Assembly: GCF_963921235.1 (NCBI RefSeq)
Contig: NC_086097.1
Location: 101,186,001 to 101,250,000 of the forward strand
DNA: 64,000 nucleotides
Source: Mobula hypostoma
Lineage: Eukaryota
Reading direction: 5' to 3'
Positions 23,603 through 38,600 of the stretch are shown in pieces. How positions within the stretch are numbered: position 1 is the stretch's first letter; every line of letters begins with the position of its first letter. The notes beneath the pieces were generated by a model, which saw only the letters and a program-made list of their open reading frames with translations, had not been told where the DNA came from and searched no databases. The translations under genes were made by a program, and so were the position numbers.

Positions 23603-26600
23603 GCCAACTCCCTTGAACTGTATTAACAGTGCCATCTACCCTGAATGTTATTAACAGTGCCATCTCCCCTGAACTGTATTAGCAGTGCAATCCATCCTGA
23701 ACTGTATTGACAATGCCATCCACCCGGAACTGTATTGATAGCGCTATCAAAACTGAACAGTATTAACAGTGCCATCCATCCTGAACTGTATTAACAGTGC
23801 CATCTCCCCTGAATGGTATTAACAGTGCCATCTATCCTGAATGGCATTAACAGTGCCATCTAACCTCAACTGTATTAACAGTTCCAACTCCCCTGAAAGG
23901 TATTAACAGTGCCATCTACCGTGAACTGTATTGACAGTGCCAACTCCCCTGAACTGTATTGACAGTGCCATCTACCCTGAACAGTATCAACAGTGCCAAC
24001 TCCCCTGAACTGTATTAACAGTGCCATCTACCCTGAATGGTATTAACAGTGCCATCTATCCTGAATGGTATTAACAGTGCCATCTGCTCTGAACTGCATT
24101 AACAGTGCCAACTATCCTGAACGGTATTAACAGTGCCACCTGCTCTGAACTGTATTAACAGTGCCATCTATCCTGAACGGTATTAACAGTGCCATCTGCT
24201 CTAAAATGCATTAACAGTGCCAACTATCCTGAACGGTGTTAACACTGCCATCTGCTCTGAACTGTATTAACAGTGCCATCTCCTCTAAATGGTATTGACA
24301 GTGCCATCCATACTCAACTGTATTAACAGTGCCATCTATCCTGAACGGTATTAACAGTGCCATCTCCCCTGAACGGTATTGACAGTGCCATCTATCCTGA
24401 ACAGTATTGACAGTGCCATTTCCACTAAATGGTATTGACAGTGCCAACTCTCCTGAACTGTATTAACAGTGCCATCTACCCTCAACTGTATTGACAGTGT
24501 CGTCTACCCTGAACTGTATTAACAGTGCCAACTCCCTGAACTGTATTAAGAGTGCCATCTACCCTTAACGGTATTAAAAGTGCCATCTATTCTGAACGGT
24601 ACTAACAGTGCCATCTGCTCTGCACTGCATTAACAGTGCCAACTATCCTGAACGGTATCAACAGTGCCATCTGCTCTGAAATGTATTAACAGTGCCATCA
24701 ATCCTGAACGGTATTAACAGTGCCATCTGCTCTGAACTGTATTAACAGTGCCATCTACCCTGAACGGTATTAACAGTGCCATCTGATCTGAAATGTATTA
24801 ACAGTGCCATCTATCCTGATCTGTATTAACAGTGCCATCTACCCTGAATGGTATTAACAGTGCCAACTCCCCTGAACTGTATTAACAGTGCCATCTACCC
24901 TCAACTGTTTTGACAGTGCCATCTACCCTTAACTGTACTAACAGTGCCAACTCCCCTGAACTGCATTAACAGTGCCATCTACCCTGAACGGTATTAACAC
25001 TGCTATCTATCCTGAACTGTATTAACAGTGCCATCTACCCTGAACTGTATTAACAGTGCCAACTCTCCTGAACTGTATTAACAGTGCCATCTACCCTCAA
25101 CTGTATTGACAGTGTCGTCTACCCTGAACTGTATTAACAGTGCCAACTCCCTGAACTGTATTAAGAGTGGCATCTACCCTTAACGGTATTAAAAGTGCCA
25201 TCTATCCTGAACGGTACTAACAGTGCCATCTGCTCTGCACTGCATTAACAGTGCCAACTATCCTGAACGGTATCAACAGTGCCATCTGCTCCGAAATGTA
25301 TTAACAGTGCCATCTCCACTAAATGGTATTGACAGTGCCATCCATACTCAACTGTATTAACAGTGCCATCTATCCTGATCTGTATTAACAGTGCCATCTA
25401 CCCTGAACTGTATTGACAGTGCCAACTCCCCTGAACTGTATTAACAGTGCCATCTACCTTGAACGGTATTAACAGTGCCATCTGATCTGAAATGTATTAA
25501 CAGTGCCATCTATCCTGATCTGTATTAACAGTGCCATTTACCCTGAATGGTATTAACAGAGCCATCTATCCTGAACGTTATTAACAGTGCCATCTACCTT
25601 GAACGGTATTAACAGTGCCATCTGATCTGAAATGTATTAACAGTGCCATCTATCCTGATCTGTATTAACAGTGCCATTTACCCTGAATGGTATTAACAGA
25701 GCCATCTACCCTGAACGGTATTAACAGTGCGATCCATCCTGAATGGTATTAACAGTGCCATCTACCCTCAACTGTATTGACAGTGCCATCTACCCTGAAC
25801 TGTATTAACAGTGCCATCTACCCTGAATGGTATTAACAGTGCCATCTGCTCTGAACTGCATTAACAGTGCCAACTATCCTGAATGTTATTAACAGTGCCA
25901 TCTGCTCTGAACTGCATTAACAGTGCCAACTATCCTCAATGGTATGAACTGTGCCATCTCCCCTGAACAGTATTGACAGTGCCATCCATCCTGAATGGGA
26001 TTAACAGTCCAACCCATCCTCAACTGTATTAACAGTGCCATCTCCTCTGAATTCTATTAACAGTGCCATCTAACTGAACGGTATTAACAGTGCCATCTAC
26101 CTTGAATGGTATTAACAGTGCCATCTATCCTGAACGGTATTAACAGTGCCAACTATCCTGAACAGTATTAAGAGTGCCACCTGCTCTGAACTGTATTAAC
26201 AGTGCCATCTATCCTGAATGTTATTAACAGTGCCATCTGCTCTGAACTGCATTAACAGTGCCAACTATCCTCAATGGTATGAACTGTGCCATCTCCCCTG
26301 AACAGTATTGACAGTGCCATCCATCCTGAATGGGATTAACAGTCCAACCCATCCTCAACTGTATTAACAGTGCCATCTCCTCTGAATTCTATTAACAGTG
26401 CCATCTAACTGAACGGTATTAACAGTGCCATCTACCTTGAATGGTATTAACAGTGCCATCTATCCTGAACGGTATTAACAGTGCCAACTATCCTGAACAG
26501 TATTAAGAGTGCCACCTGCTCTGAACTGTATTAACAGTGCCATCTATCCTGAACGGTATTAACAGTGCCATCTGCTCTAAAATGCATTAACAGTGCCAAC

Positions 26601-29600
26601 TATCCTGAACAGTATTAACAGTGCCATCTGCTCTGAACAGTATTAACAGTGCCAGCTCCCCTGAACGGTATTGACAGTGCCATCCATACTCAACTATATG
26701 AACAGTGCCATCTATCCTGAATGGTATTAACAGTGCCATCTATCCTGAACTGTATTAACAGTGCCATCTATCCTGAACGGTATTAACACTTCCATCTCCC
26801 TGAACAGTATTAACAGTGCCATCTACCGTGAACGGTATTAATAGTGCCATCTATCCTGAACTGTATTAACAGTGCCATCTACCCTGAATGGTATTAACAG
26901 TGCCATCTCCCCTGAATGGTATTAACAGTGCCATCTATCCTGAATGGTATTAACAGTGCCATCTACACTGAAGGGTATTAACAGTGCCATCTATCCTGAA
27001 TGGCATTAACAGTGCCATCTAACCTCAACTGTATTAACAGTGCCAACTCCCCTGAACGGTATTAACAGTGCTATCGACCCTCAACAGTATTAACAGTGCC
27101 ATCTGCTCTGAGCTGTAGTTAACAGTGCCATCTACCCTGAACGTTATTAACAGTGCCATCTACCCCGAACAGTATTAACATTGCCATCTGCTCTGAACTG
27201 TATTAACAGTGCCATCTACCCTAAACGGTATTAACAGTGCCATCTGATCTGAAATGTATTAACAGTGCCATCTATCCTGATTTGTATTAACAGTGCCATC
27301 TACCCTGAATGGTATTAACAATGCCATCTATCCTGAACTGTATTAACAGTGCCATCTCCCCTGAATGGTATTAACAGTGCCATCTGCTCTGAACGTTATT
27401 AACAGTGCCATCTCCCCTGAACGGCATTAACAGTGCCATCTGCTCTGAACGTTATTAACAGTGCCATCTACCCTGAACGGTATTTACAGTCCCATCTACC
27501 CTGAACGGTATTACCAGTGCCATCTCCCCTGAACTGTATTGATAGTGCCATCTATCCTGAACGGTATTAACAGTGCCATCTATCCTGAACTGTATTATCA
27601 GTGCCATCTCCCCTGAAAGGTAGTAACAGTGCCATCTAGCTGAACAGTATTAACAGTGCCATCTCCCTGAATTGTATAAAACAGTGCCAGCTCCCTTGAA
27701 TGGCATTAACAGTGCCATCTGCTCTGAACTGTATTAACAGTGCTAAATACCCTCAACGCTATTAACAGTGCCATCTACCCTGAACAGTACTAACAGTGCC
27801 ATCTGAACTGAAATGTATTAACAGTGCCATCTATCCTGAACGGTATTAACAGTGCCATCTATCCTGGACTGTAGTAACAGTGCCAGCTCCCCTGAACGGC
27901 ATTAACAGTGCCATCTCCCTGAACAGTATTTACAGTGCCATCTATCTTGAACTGTATTAACAGTGCTATCTACCCTCAACGGTATTAACAGTGCCATCTG
28001 CTCTGAGCTGTAGTTAACAGTGCCATCTACCCTGAATGGTATTAACATTGGCATCTGATCTGAAATGTATTAACAGTGCCATCTACCCTGAACGGTATTA
28101 ACAGTGCCATCTGATCTGAAATGTATTAACAGTGCCATCTACCCTGAACAGTATTAACAGTGCCATCTACCCTAAACGGTATTAACAGTGACATCTCCCT
28201 GAGCGGTATTAACAGTGCCATCTATCCTGAACTGTATTAACAGTGCCATCTACCCTTAACAGTATTAACAGTGCCATCCATCCTGAATGGCATTAACAGT
28301 GCCATCTACCCTCAACTGTATTGACAGTGCCATCTACCCTGAACGGTGCTGACAGTGCCATCCATCCTGAACTGTACCATAAATGCCATCTATCCTGAAC
28401 GGTATTACCAGTACCATCTCCCCTGAAAGGAATTAACAGTGCCATCTCCCCTGAACGGTATTAACAGTGCCATCCATCCTGAACTGTATTAACAGCACCA
28501 TCTCCCCTGAACGGTATAAACTATGCCATCTCCCCTAAATGGTATTAACAGTGCCATCTACCCTGAACTGTATTAGCAGTGCCATCTACCCAGAACGGTA
28601 TTTACAGTGCCATCTATCCTGAATGGTATTAACAGTCCCATCTACCCTGAACTATCTTGACAGTGCCATCTATCCTGAACTGTATTAATACTGCCATCTA
28701 CCCTGAACGTTATTAACAGTGCCATCTCCCCTATACCGTATTAACAGTGCCATGTATCCTGAACGGTATTATCAGTGCCATCTCCCCTGAACTGTATTAA
28801 CAGTGCCATCTATCCTGAACGGTATTAACAGTGCCATCTGCTCTAAAATGTATTAACAGTGCCATCTACCCTGAACTGTATTAACAGTGCCATCTATCCT
28901 GAACGTTATTAACAGTGCCATCTACTTTGAACGGTATTAACAGTGCTATCTGCTTTGAACTGTATTAACAGTGCCATCTACCCTGAACGGTATTAACACT
29001 GCCATTTCCCCTGAACGGTATTAACAGTCCCATCTATCCTGAACGGTATTAACAATGCCATCTGCTCTGAACTGTATTAACAGTGCCATCTACCCTGAAC
29101 GGTATTAACAGTGCCATCTGCTCTGAACTGTATTAACAGTGCCATCTCCCCTGAAAGGTATTAACAGTGCCATCTCCCTGAATTGTATAAAACAGTGCCA
29201 GCTCCCCTGAACGGCATTAACAGTGCCATCTTCTCTGAACTGTATTAACAGTGCCATCTACCCTGAACGGTATTAACAGTGCCATCTCCATGAACGGTAC
29301 TTACAGTGCCATCTATCCTGAATTGTATAAACAGTGCTATCGCACCTCAACGGTATTAACAGTGTCATCTGCTCTGAGCTGTAGTTAACAGTGCCATCTA
29401 CCTTGAACGTCATTAACAGTGCCATCTACCCTGAACAGTATTAAGAGTGCCACCTGCTCTGAACTGTATTAACAGTGCCATCTATCCTGAACGGTATTAA
29501 CAGTGCCATCTGCTCTAAAATGCATTAACAGTGCCAACTATCCTGAACAGTATTAACAGTGCCATCTGCTCTGAACGGTATTAACAGTGCCAGCTCCCCT

Positions 29601-32600
29601 GAACGGTATTGACAGTGCCATCCATACTCAACTATATGAACAGTGCCATCTATCCTGAATGGTATTAACAGTGCCATCTATCCTGAACTGTATTAACAGT
29701 GCCATCTATCCTGAACGGTATTAACACTTCCATCTCCCTGAACAGTATTAACAGTGCCATCTACCGTGAACGGTATTAATAGTGCCATCTATCCTGAACT
29801 GTATTAACAGTGCCATCTACCCTGAATGGTATTAACAGTGCCATCTCCCCTGAATGGTATTAACAGTGCCATCTATCCTGAATGGTATTAACAGTGCCAT
29901 CTACACTGAAGGGTATTAACAGTGCCATCTATCCTGAATGGCATTAACAGTGCCATCTAACCTCAACTGTATTAACAGTGCCAACTCCCCTGAACGGTAT
30001 TAACAGTGCTATCGACCCTCAACAGTATTAACAGTGCCATCTGCTCTGAGCTGTAGTTAACAGTGCCATCTACCCTGAACGTTATTAACAGTGCCATCTA
30101 CCCCGAACAGTATTAACATTGCCATCTGCTCTGAACTGTATTAACAGTGCCATCTACCCTAAACGGTATTAACAGTGCCATCTGATCTGAAATGTATTAA
30201 CAGTGCCATCTATCCTGATTTGTATTAACAGTGCCATCTACCCTGAATGGTATTAACAATGCCATCTATCCTGAACTGTATTAACAGTGCCATCTCCCCT
30301 GAATGGTATTAACAGTGCCATCTGCTCTGAACGTTATTAACAGTGCCATCTCCCCTGAACGGCATTAACAGTGCCATCTGCTCTGAACGTTATTAACAGT
30401 GCCATCTACCCTGAACGGTATTTACAGTCCCATCTACCCTGAACGGTATTACCAGTGCCATCTCCCCTGAACTGTATTGATAGTGCCATCTATCCTGAAC
30501 GGTATTAACAGTGCCATCTATCCTGAACTGTATTATCAGTGCCATCTCCCCTGAAAGGTAGTAACAGTGCCATCTAGCTGAACAGTATTAACAGTGCCAT
30601 CTCCCTGAATTGTATAAAACAGTGCCAGCTCCCTTGAATGGCATTAACAGTGCCATCTGCTCTGAACTGTATTAACAGTGCTAAATACCCTCAACGCTAT
30701 TAACAGTGCCATCTACCCTGAACAGTACTAACAGTGCCATCTGAACTGAAATGTATTAACAGTGCCATCTATCCTGAACGGTATTAACAGTGCCATCTAT
30801 CCTGGACTGTAGTAACAGTGCCAGCTCCCCTGAACGGCATTAACAGTGCCATCTCCCTGAACAGTATTTACAGTGCCATCTATCTTGAACTGTATTAACA
30901 GTGCTATCTACCCTCAACGGTATTAACAGTGCCATCTGCTCTGAGCTGTAGTTAACAGTGCCATCTACCCTGAATGGTATTAACATTGGCATCTGATCTG
31001 AAATGTATTAACAGTGCCATCTACCCTGAACGGTATTAACAGTGCCATCTGATCTGAAATGTATTAAAAGTGCCATCTACCCTGAACAGTATTAACAGTG
31101 CCATCTACCCTAAACTGTATTAACAGTGACATCTCCCTGAGCGGTATTAACAGTGCCATCTATCCTGAACTGTATTAACAGTGCAATCTACCCTTAACAG
31201 TATTAACAGTGCCATCCATCCTGAATGGCATTAACAGTGCCATCTACCCTCAACTGTATTGACAGTGCCATCTACCCTGAACGGTGCTGACAGTGCCATC
31301 CATCCTGAACTGTACCATAAATGCCATCTATCCTGAACGGTATTACCAGTACCATCTCCCCTGAAAGGAATTAACAGTGCCATCTCCCCTGAACGGTATT
31401 AACAGTGCCATCCATCCTGAACTGTATTAACAGCACCATCTCCCCTGAACGGTATAAACTATGCCATCTCCCCTAAATGGTATTAACAGTGCCATCTACC
31501 CTGAACTGTATTAGCAGTGCCATCTACCCAGAACGGTATTTACAGTGCCATCTATCCTGAATGGTATTAACAGGCCCATCTACCCTGAACTATCTTGACA
31601 GTGCCATCTATCCTGAACTGTATTAATACTGCCATCTACCCTGAACGTTATTAACAGTGCCATCTCCCCTATACCGTATTAACAGTGCCATGTATCCTGA
31701 ACGGTATTATCAGTGCCATCTCCCCTGAACTGTATTAACAGTGCCATCTATCCTGAACGGTATTAACAGTGCCATCTGCTCTAAAATGTATTAACAGTGC
31801 CATCTACCCTGAACTGTATTAACAGTGCCATCTATCCTGAACGTTATTAACAGTGCCATCTACTTTGAACGGTATTAACAGTGCTATCTGCTTTGAACTG
31901 TATTAACAGTGCCATCTACCCTGAACGGTATTAACACTGCCATTTCCCCTGAACGGTATTAACAGTCCCATCTATCCTGAACGGTATTAACAATGCCATC
32001 TGCTCTGAACTGTATTAACAGTGCCATCTACCCTGAACGGTATTAACAGTGCCATCTGCTCTGAACTGTATTAACAGTGCCATCTCCCCTGAAAGGTATT
32101 AACAGTGCCATCTCCCTGAATTGTATAAAACAGTGCCAGCTCCCCTGAACGGCATTAACAGTGCCATCTTCTCTGAACTGTATTAACAGTGCCATCTACC
32201 CTGAACGGTATTAACAGTGCCATCTCCATGAACGGTACTTACAGTGCCATCTATCCTGAATTGTATAAACAGTGCTATCGCACCTCAACGGTATTAACAG
32301 TGTCATCTGCTCTGAGCTGTAGTTAACAGTGCCATCTACCTTGAACGTCATTAACAGTGCCATCTACCCTGAACGGTATTAACATTGCCATCTGCTCTGA
32401 ACTGTATTAACAGTGCCATCTCCCCTGAACGGAATTAACAGTGCCATCTGCTCTGAACTGCATTAACAGTGCCAACTATCCTGAACAGTATTAACAGTGC
32501 CATTTCCCCTGAACTGTATTGACAGTCCCATCTGCTCTGAATTCTATTAACAGTGCCATCTACCCTGAATGGTATTAATAGTGCCATCTGCTCTGAACTG

Positions 32601-35600
32601 TATTAACAGTGCCATTTATCCTCAACGGTATTAACAGTGCCATCTGCTCTGAACTGTATTAACAGTGCCATCTACCCTGAACGGTATTAACAGTTCCATC
32701 TCCCTGAACGGTATTAACAGTGCCATCCATCCTGAATGGTATTAACAGTGCCATTTCCCCTGAACTGTATTGACAGTCCCATCTGCTCTGAATTCTATTA
32801 ACAGTGCCATCTACCCTGAATGGTATTAATAGTGCCATCTGCTCTGAACTGTATTAACAGTGCCATATATTCTCAACGGTATTAACAGTGCCATCTGCTC
32901 TGAACTGTATTAACAGTGCCATCTACCCTGAACGGTATTAACAGTTCCATCTCCCTGAACGGTATTAACAGTGCCATCTACTCTGAACGGTATTAACAGT
33001 GCCATCTATCCTGAACTGTATTAACAGTCCCATCTACCCTGATCAGTATTAACAGTGCCATCCATCCTGAAAGGTATTAACAGTGCCTTTATCCTCAACT
33101 GTTTTAACAGTGCCATCTACCCTGAACGGTATTAACAGTGCCATCTACCCTGAACGGTATTACCAGTGCCATCTCCCCTGAACTGTATTGACAGTGCCCA
33201 TCCACCCAAAACTGTATTGATAGTGCCATCCATCCTGAACGGTATTAACAGTGCCATCTATCCTGAAAGGTATTCACAGTGCCATCTAGCTGAATGGTAT
33301 TAACAGTGCCATCTCCCTGAATTGTATAAAACAGTGCCAGCTCCCCTGAACGGCATTAACAGTACCATCTGCTCTGAACTGTATTAACAGTGCCATCTAC
33401 CCTGAACTGCATTAACAGTGCCATCCATCCTGAACGGTATTAACAGTGCCATCTGATCTGAAATGTATTAACATTGCCATCTATCCTGATCTGTATTAAC
33501 ATTGCCATCTACTCTGAACGGTATTAACAATGCCATCCATCCTAAATGGTATTAACAGTGCCATCTACCCTCAACTGTATTGACAGTGCCATCTACCCTG
33601 AACTGTATTAACAGTGCCATCTACCCTGAATGGTATTAACAGTGCCATCCATCCTGAACTGTATTAACAGTGCCATCTATCCTGAACGGTATTAACAGTG
33701 CCATCTACCCCTAACAAAATTAACAGTGCCATCTCCCCTGAATTCTATTAACAGCGCCATCACCTCTGAACTGTATTTACAGTGCAATCTACCCTGAATG
33801 GTATTAACAGTGCCATCCATCCTGAAAGGTATTAACAGTGCCATCTATCCTGAACGGTATTCACACTGCCATCTCCCCTGAATGGTATTAACAGTGCCAT
33901 CTCCCTGAACGGTATTAACAGACCCATCTATCCTGAACGGTATTAACAGTGCCATCTGCTCTGAACTGTATTAACAGTGCCATCTACCCTGAACGGTATT
34001 AACAGTGCCATCTATCCTGAACGGTATTAACAGTGCCATCTCCCCTGAAAAGTATTAACAGTGCCATCTACCCTGAAAGGTATTAACAGTGCCATCTCCT
34101 GAATTGTATAAAACAGTGCCAGCTCCCCTGAACGGCATTAACAGTGCCATCTGCTCTGAACTGTATTAACAGTGCTATCGACCCTCAACGGTATTAACAG
34201 TGCCATCTGCTCTGAGCTGTAGTTAACAGTGCCATCTACCCTGAACGGTATTAACAGTGCCATCTACCCTTAACTGTATTAACAGTGCCAACTCCCCTGA
34301 ACTGCATTAACAGTGCCATCTACCCTTAATGGTATTAACAGTGCCATCTATCCTGAACGGTATTAACACTGCCATCTGCTCTGAACTGTATTAACAGTGC
34401 CATCTACCTTGAACGGTATTAACAGTGCCATCTGATCTGAAATGTATTAACAGTGCCATCTATCCTGATCTGTATTAACAGTGCCATTTACCCTGAACGG
34501 TATTAACAGTGCCATACATCCTGACTGGTATTAACAGTGCCATCTACCCTCAACTGTATTGACAGTGCCATCTACCCTGAACTGTATTAACAGTGCCATC
34601 TACTCTGAATGGTATTAACAGTGCCATCTATCCTGATCGGTATTAACAGTGCCATCTGCTCTGAACTGTATTAACAGTGCCATCTGATCTGAAATGTATT
34701 AACAGTGCCATCTACCCTGAACGGTATTAACAGTGCCATCCTTCCTGAATGGTATTAACCGTGCCATCTACCCTCAACTGTATTGACGGTGCCATCTACC
34801 ATGAACTGTATTAACAGTGCCATCTACCCTGAACGATATTAACAGTGCCATCTACCCTGAATGGTATTAACAATGCCATCTATCCTGAACTGTATTAACA
34901 GTGCCATCTCCCCTGAATGGTATTAACAGTGCCATCTGCTCTGAACGTTATTAACAGTGCCATCTCCCCTGAACGGTATTAACAGTGCCATCTCCCCTGA
35001 ACGGCATTAACAGTGCCATCTGCTCTGAACGTTATTAACAGTGCCATCTACCCTGAACGGTATTTACAGTCCCATCTACCCTGAACGGTATTACCAGTGC
35101 CATCTCCCCTGAACTGTATTGATAGTGCCATCTATCCTGAACGGTATTAACAGTGCCATCTATCCTGAACTGTATTATCAGTGCCATCTCCCCTGAAAGG
35201 TAGTAACAGTGCCATCTAGCTGAACAGTATTAACAGTGCCATCTCCCTGAATTGTATAAAACAGTGCCAGCTCCGTTGAATGGCATTAACAGTGCCATCT
35301 GCTCTGAACTGTATTAACAGTGCTAAATACCCTCAACGCTATTAACAGTGCCATCTACCCTGAACAGTACTAACAGTGCCATCTGATCTGAAATGTATTA
35401 ACAGTGCCATCTATCCTGAACGGTATTAACAGTGCCATCTATCCTGGACTGTAGTAACAGTGCCAGCTCCCCTGAACGGCATTAACAGTGCCATCTCCCT
35501 GAACAGTATTTACAGTGCCATCTATCTTGAACTGTATTAACAGTGCTATCTACCCTCAACGGTATTAACAGTGCCATCTGCTCTGAGCTGTAGTTAACAG

Positions 35601-38600
35601 TGTCATCTACCCTGAATGGTATTAACATTGGCATCTGATCTGAAATGTATTAACAGTGCCATCTACCCTGAACGGTATTAACAGTGCCATCTACCCTAAA
35701 CGGTATTAACAGTGCCATCTGATCTGAAATGTATTAAAAGTGCCATCTACCCTGAACAGTATTAACAGTGCCATCTACCCTAAACTGTATTAACAGTGAC
35801 ATCTCCCTGAGCGGTATTAACAGTGCCATCTATCCTGAACTGTATTAACAGTGCCATCTACCCTTAACAGTATTAACAGTGCCATCCATCCTGAATGGCA
35901 TTAACAGTGCCATCTACCCTCAACTGTATTGACAGTGCCATCTACCCTGAACGGTGCTGACAGTGCCATCCATCCTGAACTGTACCATAAATGCCATCTA
36001 TCCTGAACGGTATTAACAGTGCCATCTCCCCTGAAAGGAATTAACAGTGCCATCTCCCCTGAACGGTATTAACAGTGCCATCCATCCTGAACTGTATCAA
36101 CAGTGCCATCTCCCCTGAATTGTATTAACAGTGCCATCTCCCCTTAACGGTATTAACAGTGCCATCTATCCTGAACTGTATTAACAGTGCCATCTACCCT
36201 GAACGGTATTAACAGTGCCATCTAACCTGAACTGTATTAACAGTGCCATCTACCCTGAACGGTATTAACAGTGCCATCTATCCTGAACTGTATTAACAGT
36301 GCCATCTATCCTGAACGGTATTAACAGTGCCATCTCCCCTGAACTGTATTAACAGTGCCATCCATCCTGAACTGTATTAACAGTGCCATCTGCTCTGAAC
36401 TGTATTAACAGTGCCATCTACCCTGAACGGTATTAACAGTGCCATCTAACCTGTACTGTATTAACGGTGCCATCTACCCTGAACGGAATTAACAGTGCCA
36501 TTTCCCTGAATGGTATTAACAGTGCCATCTACCTTGAACGGTATTAACAGTGCTATCTGCTTTGAACTGTATTAACAGTGCCATCTACCCTGAACGGTAT
36601 TAACACTGCCATTTCCCCTGAACGGTATTAACAGTCCCATCTATCCTGAACGGTATTAACAATGCCATCTGCTCTGAACTGTATTGACAGTGCCATCTCC
36701 CCTGAACGGTATTAACAGTGCCATCTATCCTGAACTGTATTAACAGTGCCATCTCCCCTGAACGGTATTAACAGTGCCATCCATCCTGAACTGTATTAAC
36801 AGTGCCATCTACCCTGAACGGTATTAACAGTGCCATCTCCCCTGAACGGTACTTACAGTGCCATCTATCCTGAATTGTATAAACAGTGCTATCGCACCTC
36901 AACGGTATTAACAGTGTCATCTGCTCTGAGCTGTAGTTAACAGTGCCATCTACCTTGAACGTCATTAACAGTGCCATCTACCCTGAACGGTATTAACATT
37001 GCCATCTGCTCTGAACTGTATTAACAGTGCCATCTCCCCTGAACGGAATTAACAGTGCCATCTGCTCTGAACTGCATTAACAGTGCCAACTATCCTGAAC
37101 AGTATTAACAGTGCCATTTCCCCTGAACTGTATTGACAGTCCCATCTGCTCTGAATTCTATTAACAGTGCCATCTACCCTGAATGGTATTAATAGTGCCA
37201 TCTGCTCTGAACTGTATTAACAGTGCCATTTATCCTCAACGGTATTAACAGTGCCATCTGCTCTGAACTGTATTAACAGTGCCATCTACCCTGAACGGTA
37301 TTAACAGTTCCATCTCCCTGAACGGTATTAACAGTGCCATCCATCCTGAATGGTATTAACAGTGCCATTTCCCCTGAACTGTATTGACAGTCCCATCTGC
37401 TCTGAATTCTATTAACAGTGCCATCTACCCTGAATGGTATTAATAGTGCCATCTGCTCTGAACTGTATTAACAGTGCCATATATTCTCAACGGTATTAAC
37501 AGTGCCATCTGCTCTGAACTGTATTAACAGTGCCATCTCGCCTGAACGGTATTAACAGTGCCATCTCCCTGAACGGTATTAACAGTGCCATCCATCCTGA
37601 ACTGTATTAACAGTGCCATCTCCCCTGAACTGTATTAACAGTGCCATCTACCCTGAACAGTATTAACAGTGCCATCCATCCTGAAAGGTATTAACAGTGC
37701 CATCTATCCTGAACTGTATTAACAGTGCCATCTCCCCTGAACGGTATTAACAGTGCCATCTACCCTGAACGGTATTAACAGTGCCATCTCCCCTGAACTG
37801 TATTAACAGTGCCATCCATCCTGAACTATATTAACAGTGCCATCCATCCTGAACGGTATTAACAGTGCCATCTATCCTGAAAGGTATTCACAGTGCCATC
37901 TAGCTGAATGGTATTAACAGTGCCATCTCCCTGAATTGTATAAAACAGTGCCAGCTCCCCTGAACGGCATTAACAGTACCATCTGCTCTGAACTGTATTA
38001 ACAGTGCCATCTACCCTGAACTGCATTAACAGTGCCATCCATCCTGAACGGTATTAACAGTGCCATCTGATCTGAAATGTATTAACATTGCCATCTATCC
38101 TGATCTGTATTAACGGTGCCATCTACCCTGAACGGAATTAACAGTGCCATTTCCCTTAATGGTATTAACCATGCCATCTACCTTGAGCGTTATTAAGAGT
38201 GCCATCTACCCTGAACTGCGTTAACAGTGCCATCTATCCTGAACTGTATTAACAGTGCCATCCATCCTGAACTGTATTAACAGTGCCATCTACTCTGAAC
38301 GGTATTAACAGTGCCATCTACCCTGAACTGTATTAACAGTGCCATCTCCCCTGAACGGTATTAACAGTGCCATCTACCCTGAACGGTATTAACAGTGCCA
38401 TCTACCCTGAATGGTATTAACAGTGCCATCTCCCCTGAACGGTATTAACAGTGCCATCTACATTGAACGGTATTAACAGTGCCATCTCCCCTGAACGGTA
38501 TTAACAGTGCCATCTCCCCTGAACGGTATTAACAGTGCCATCTATCCTGAACTGTATCAACAGTGCCATCTCCCCTGAATTGTATTAACAGTGCCATCTC

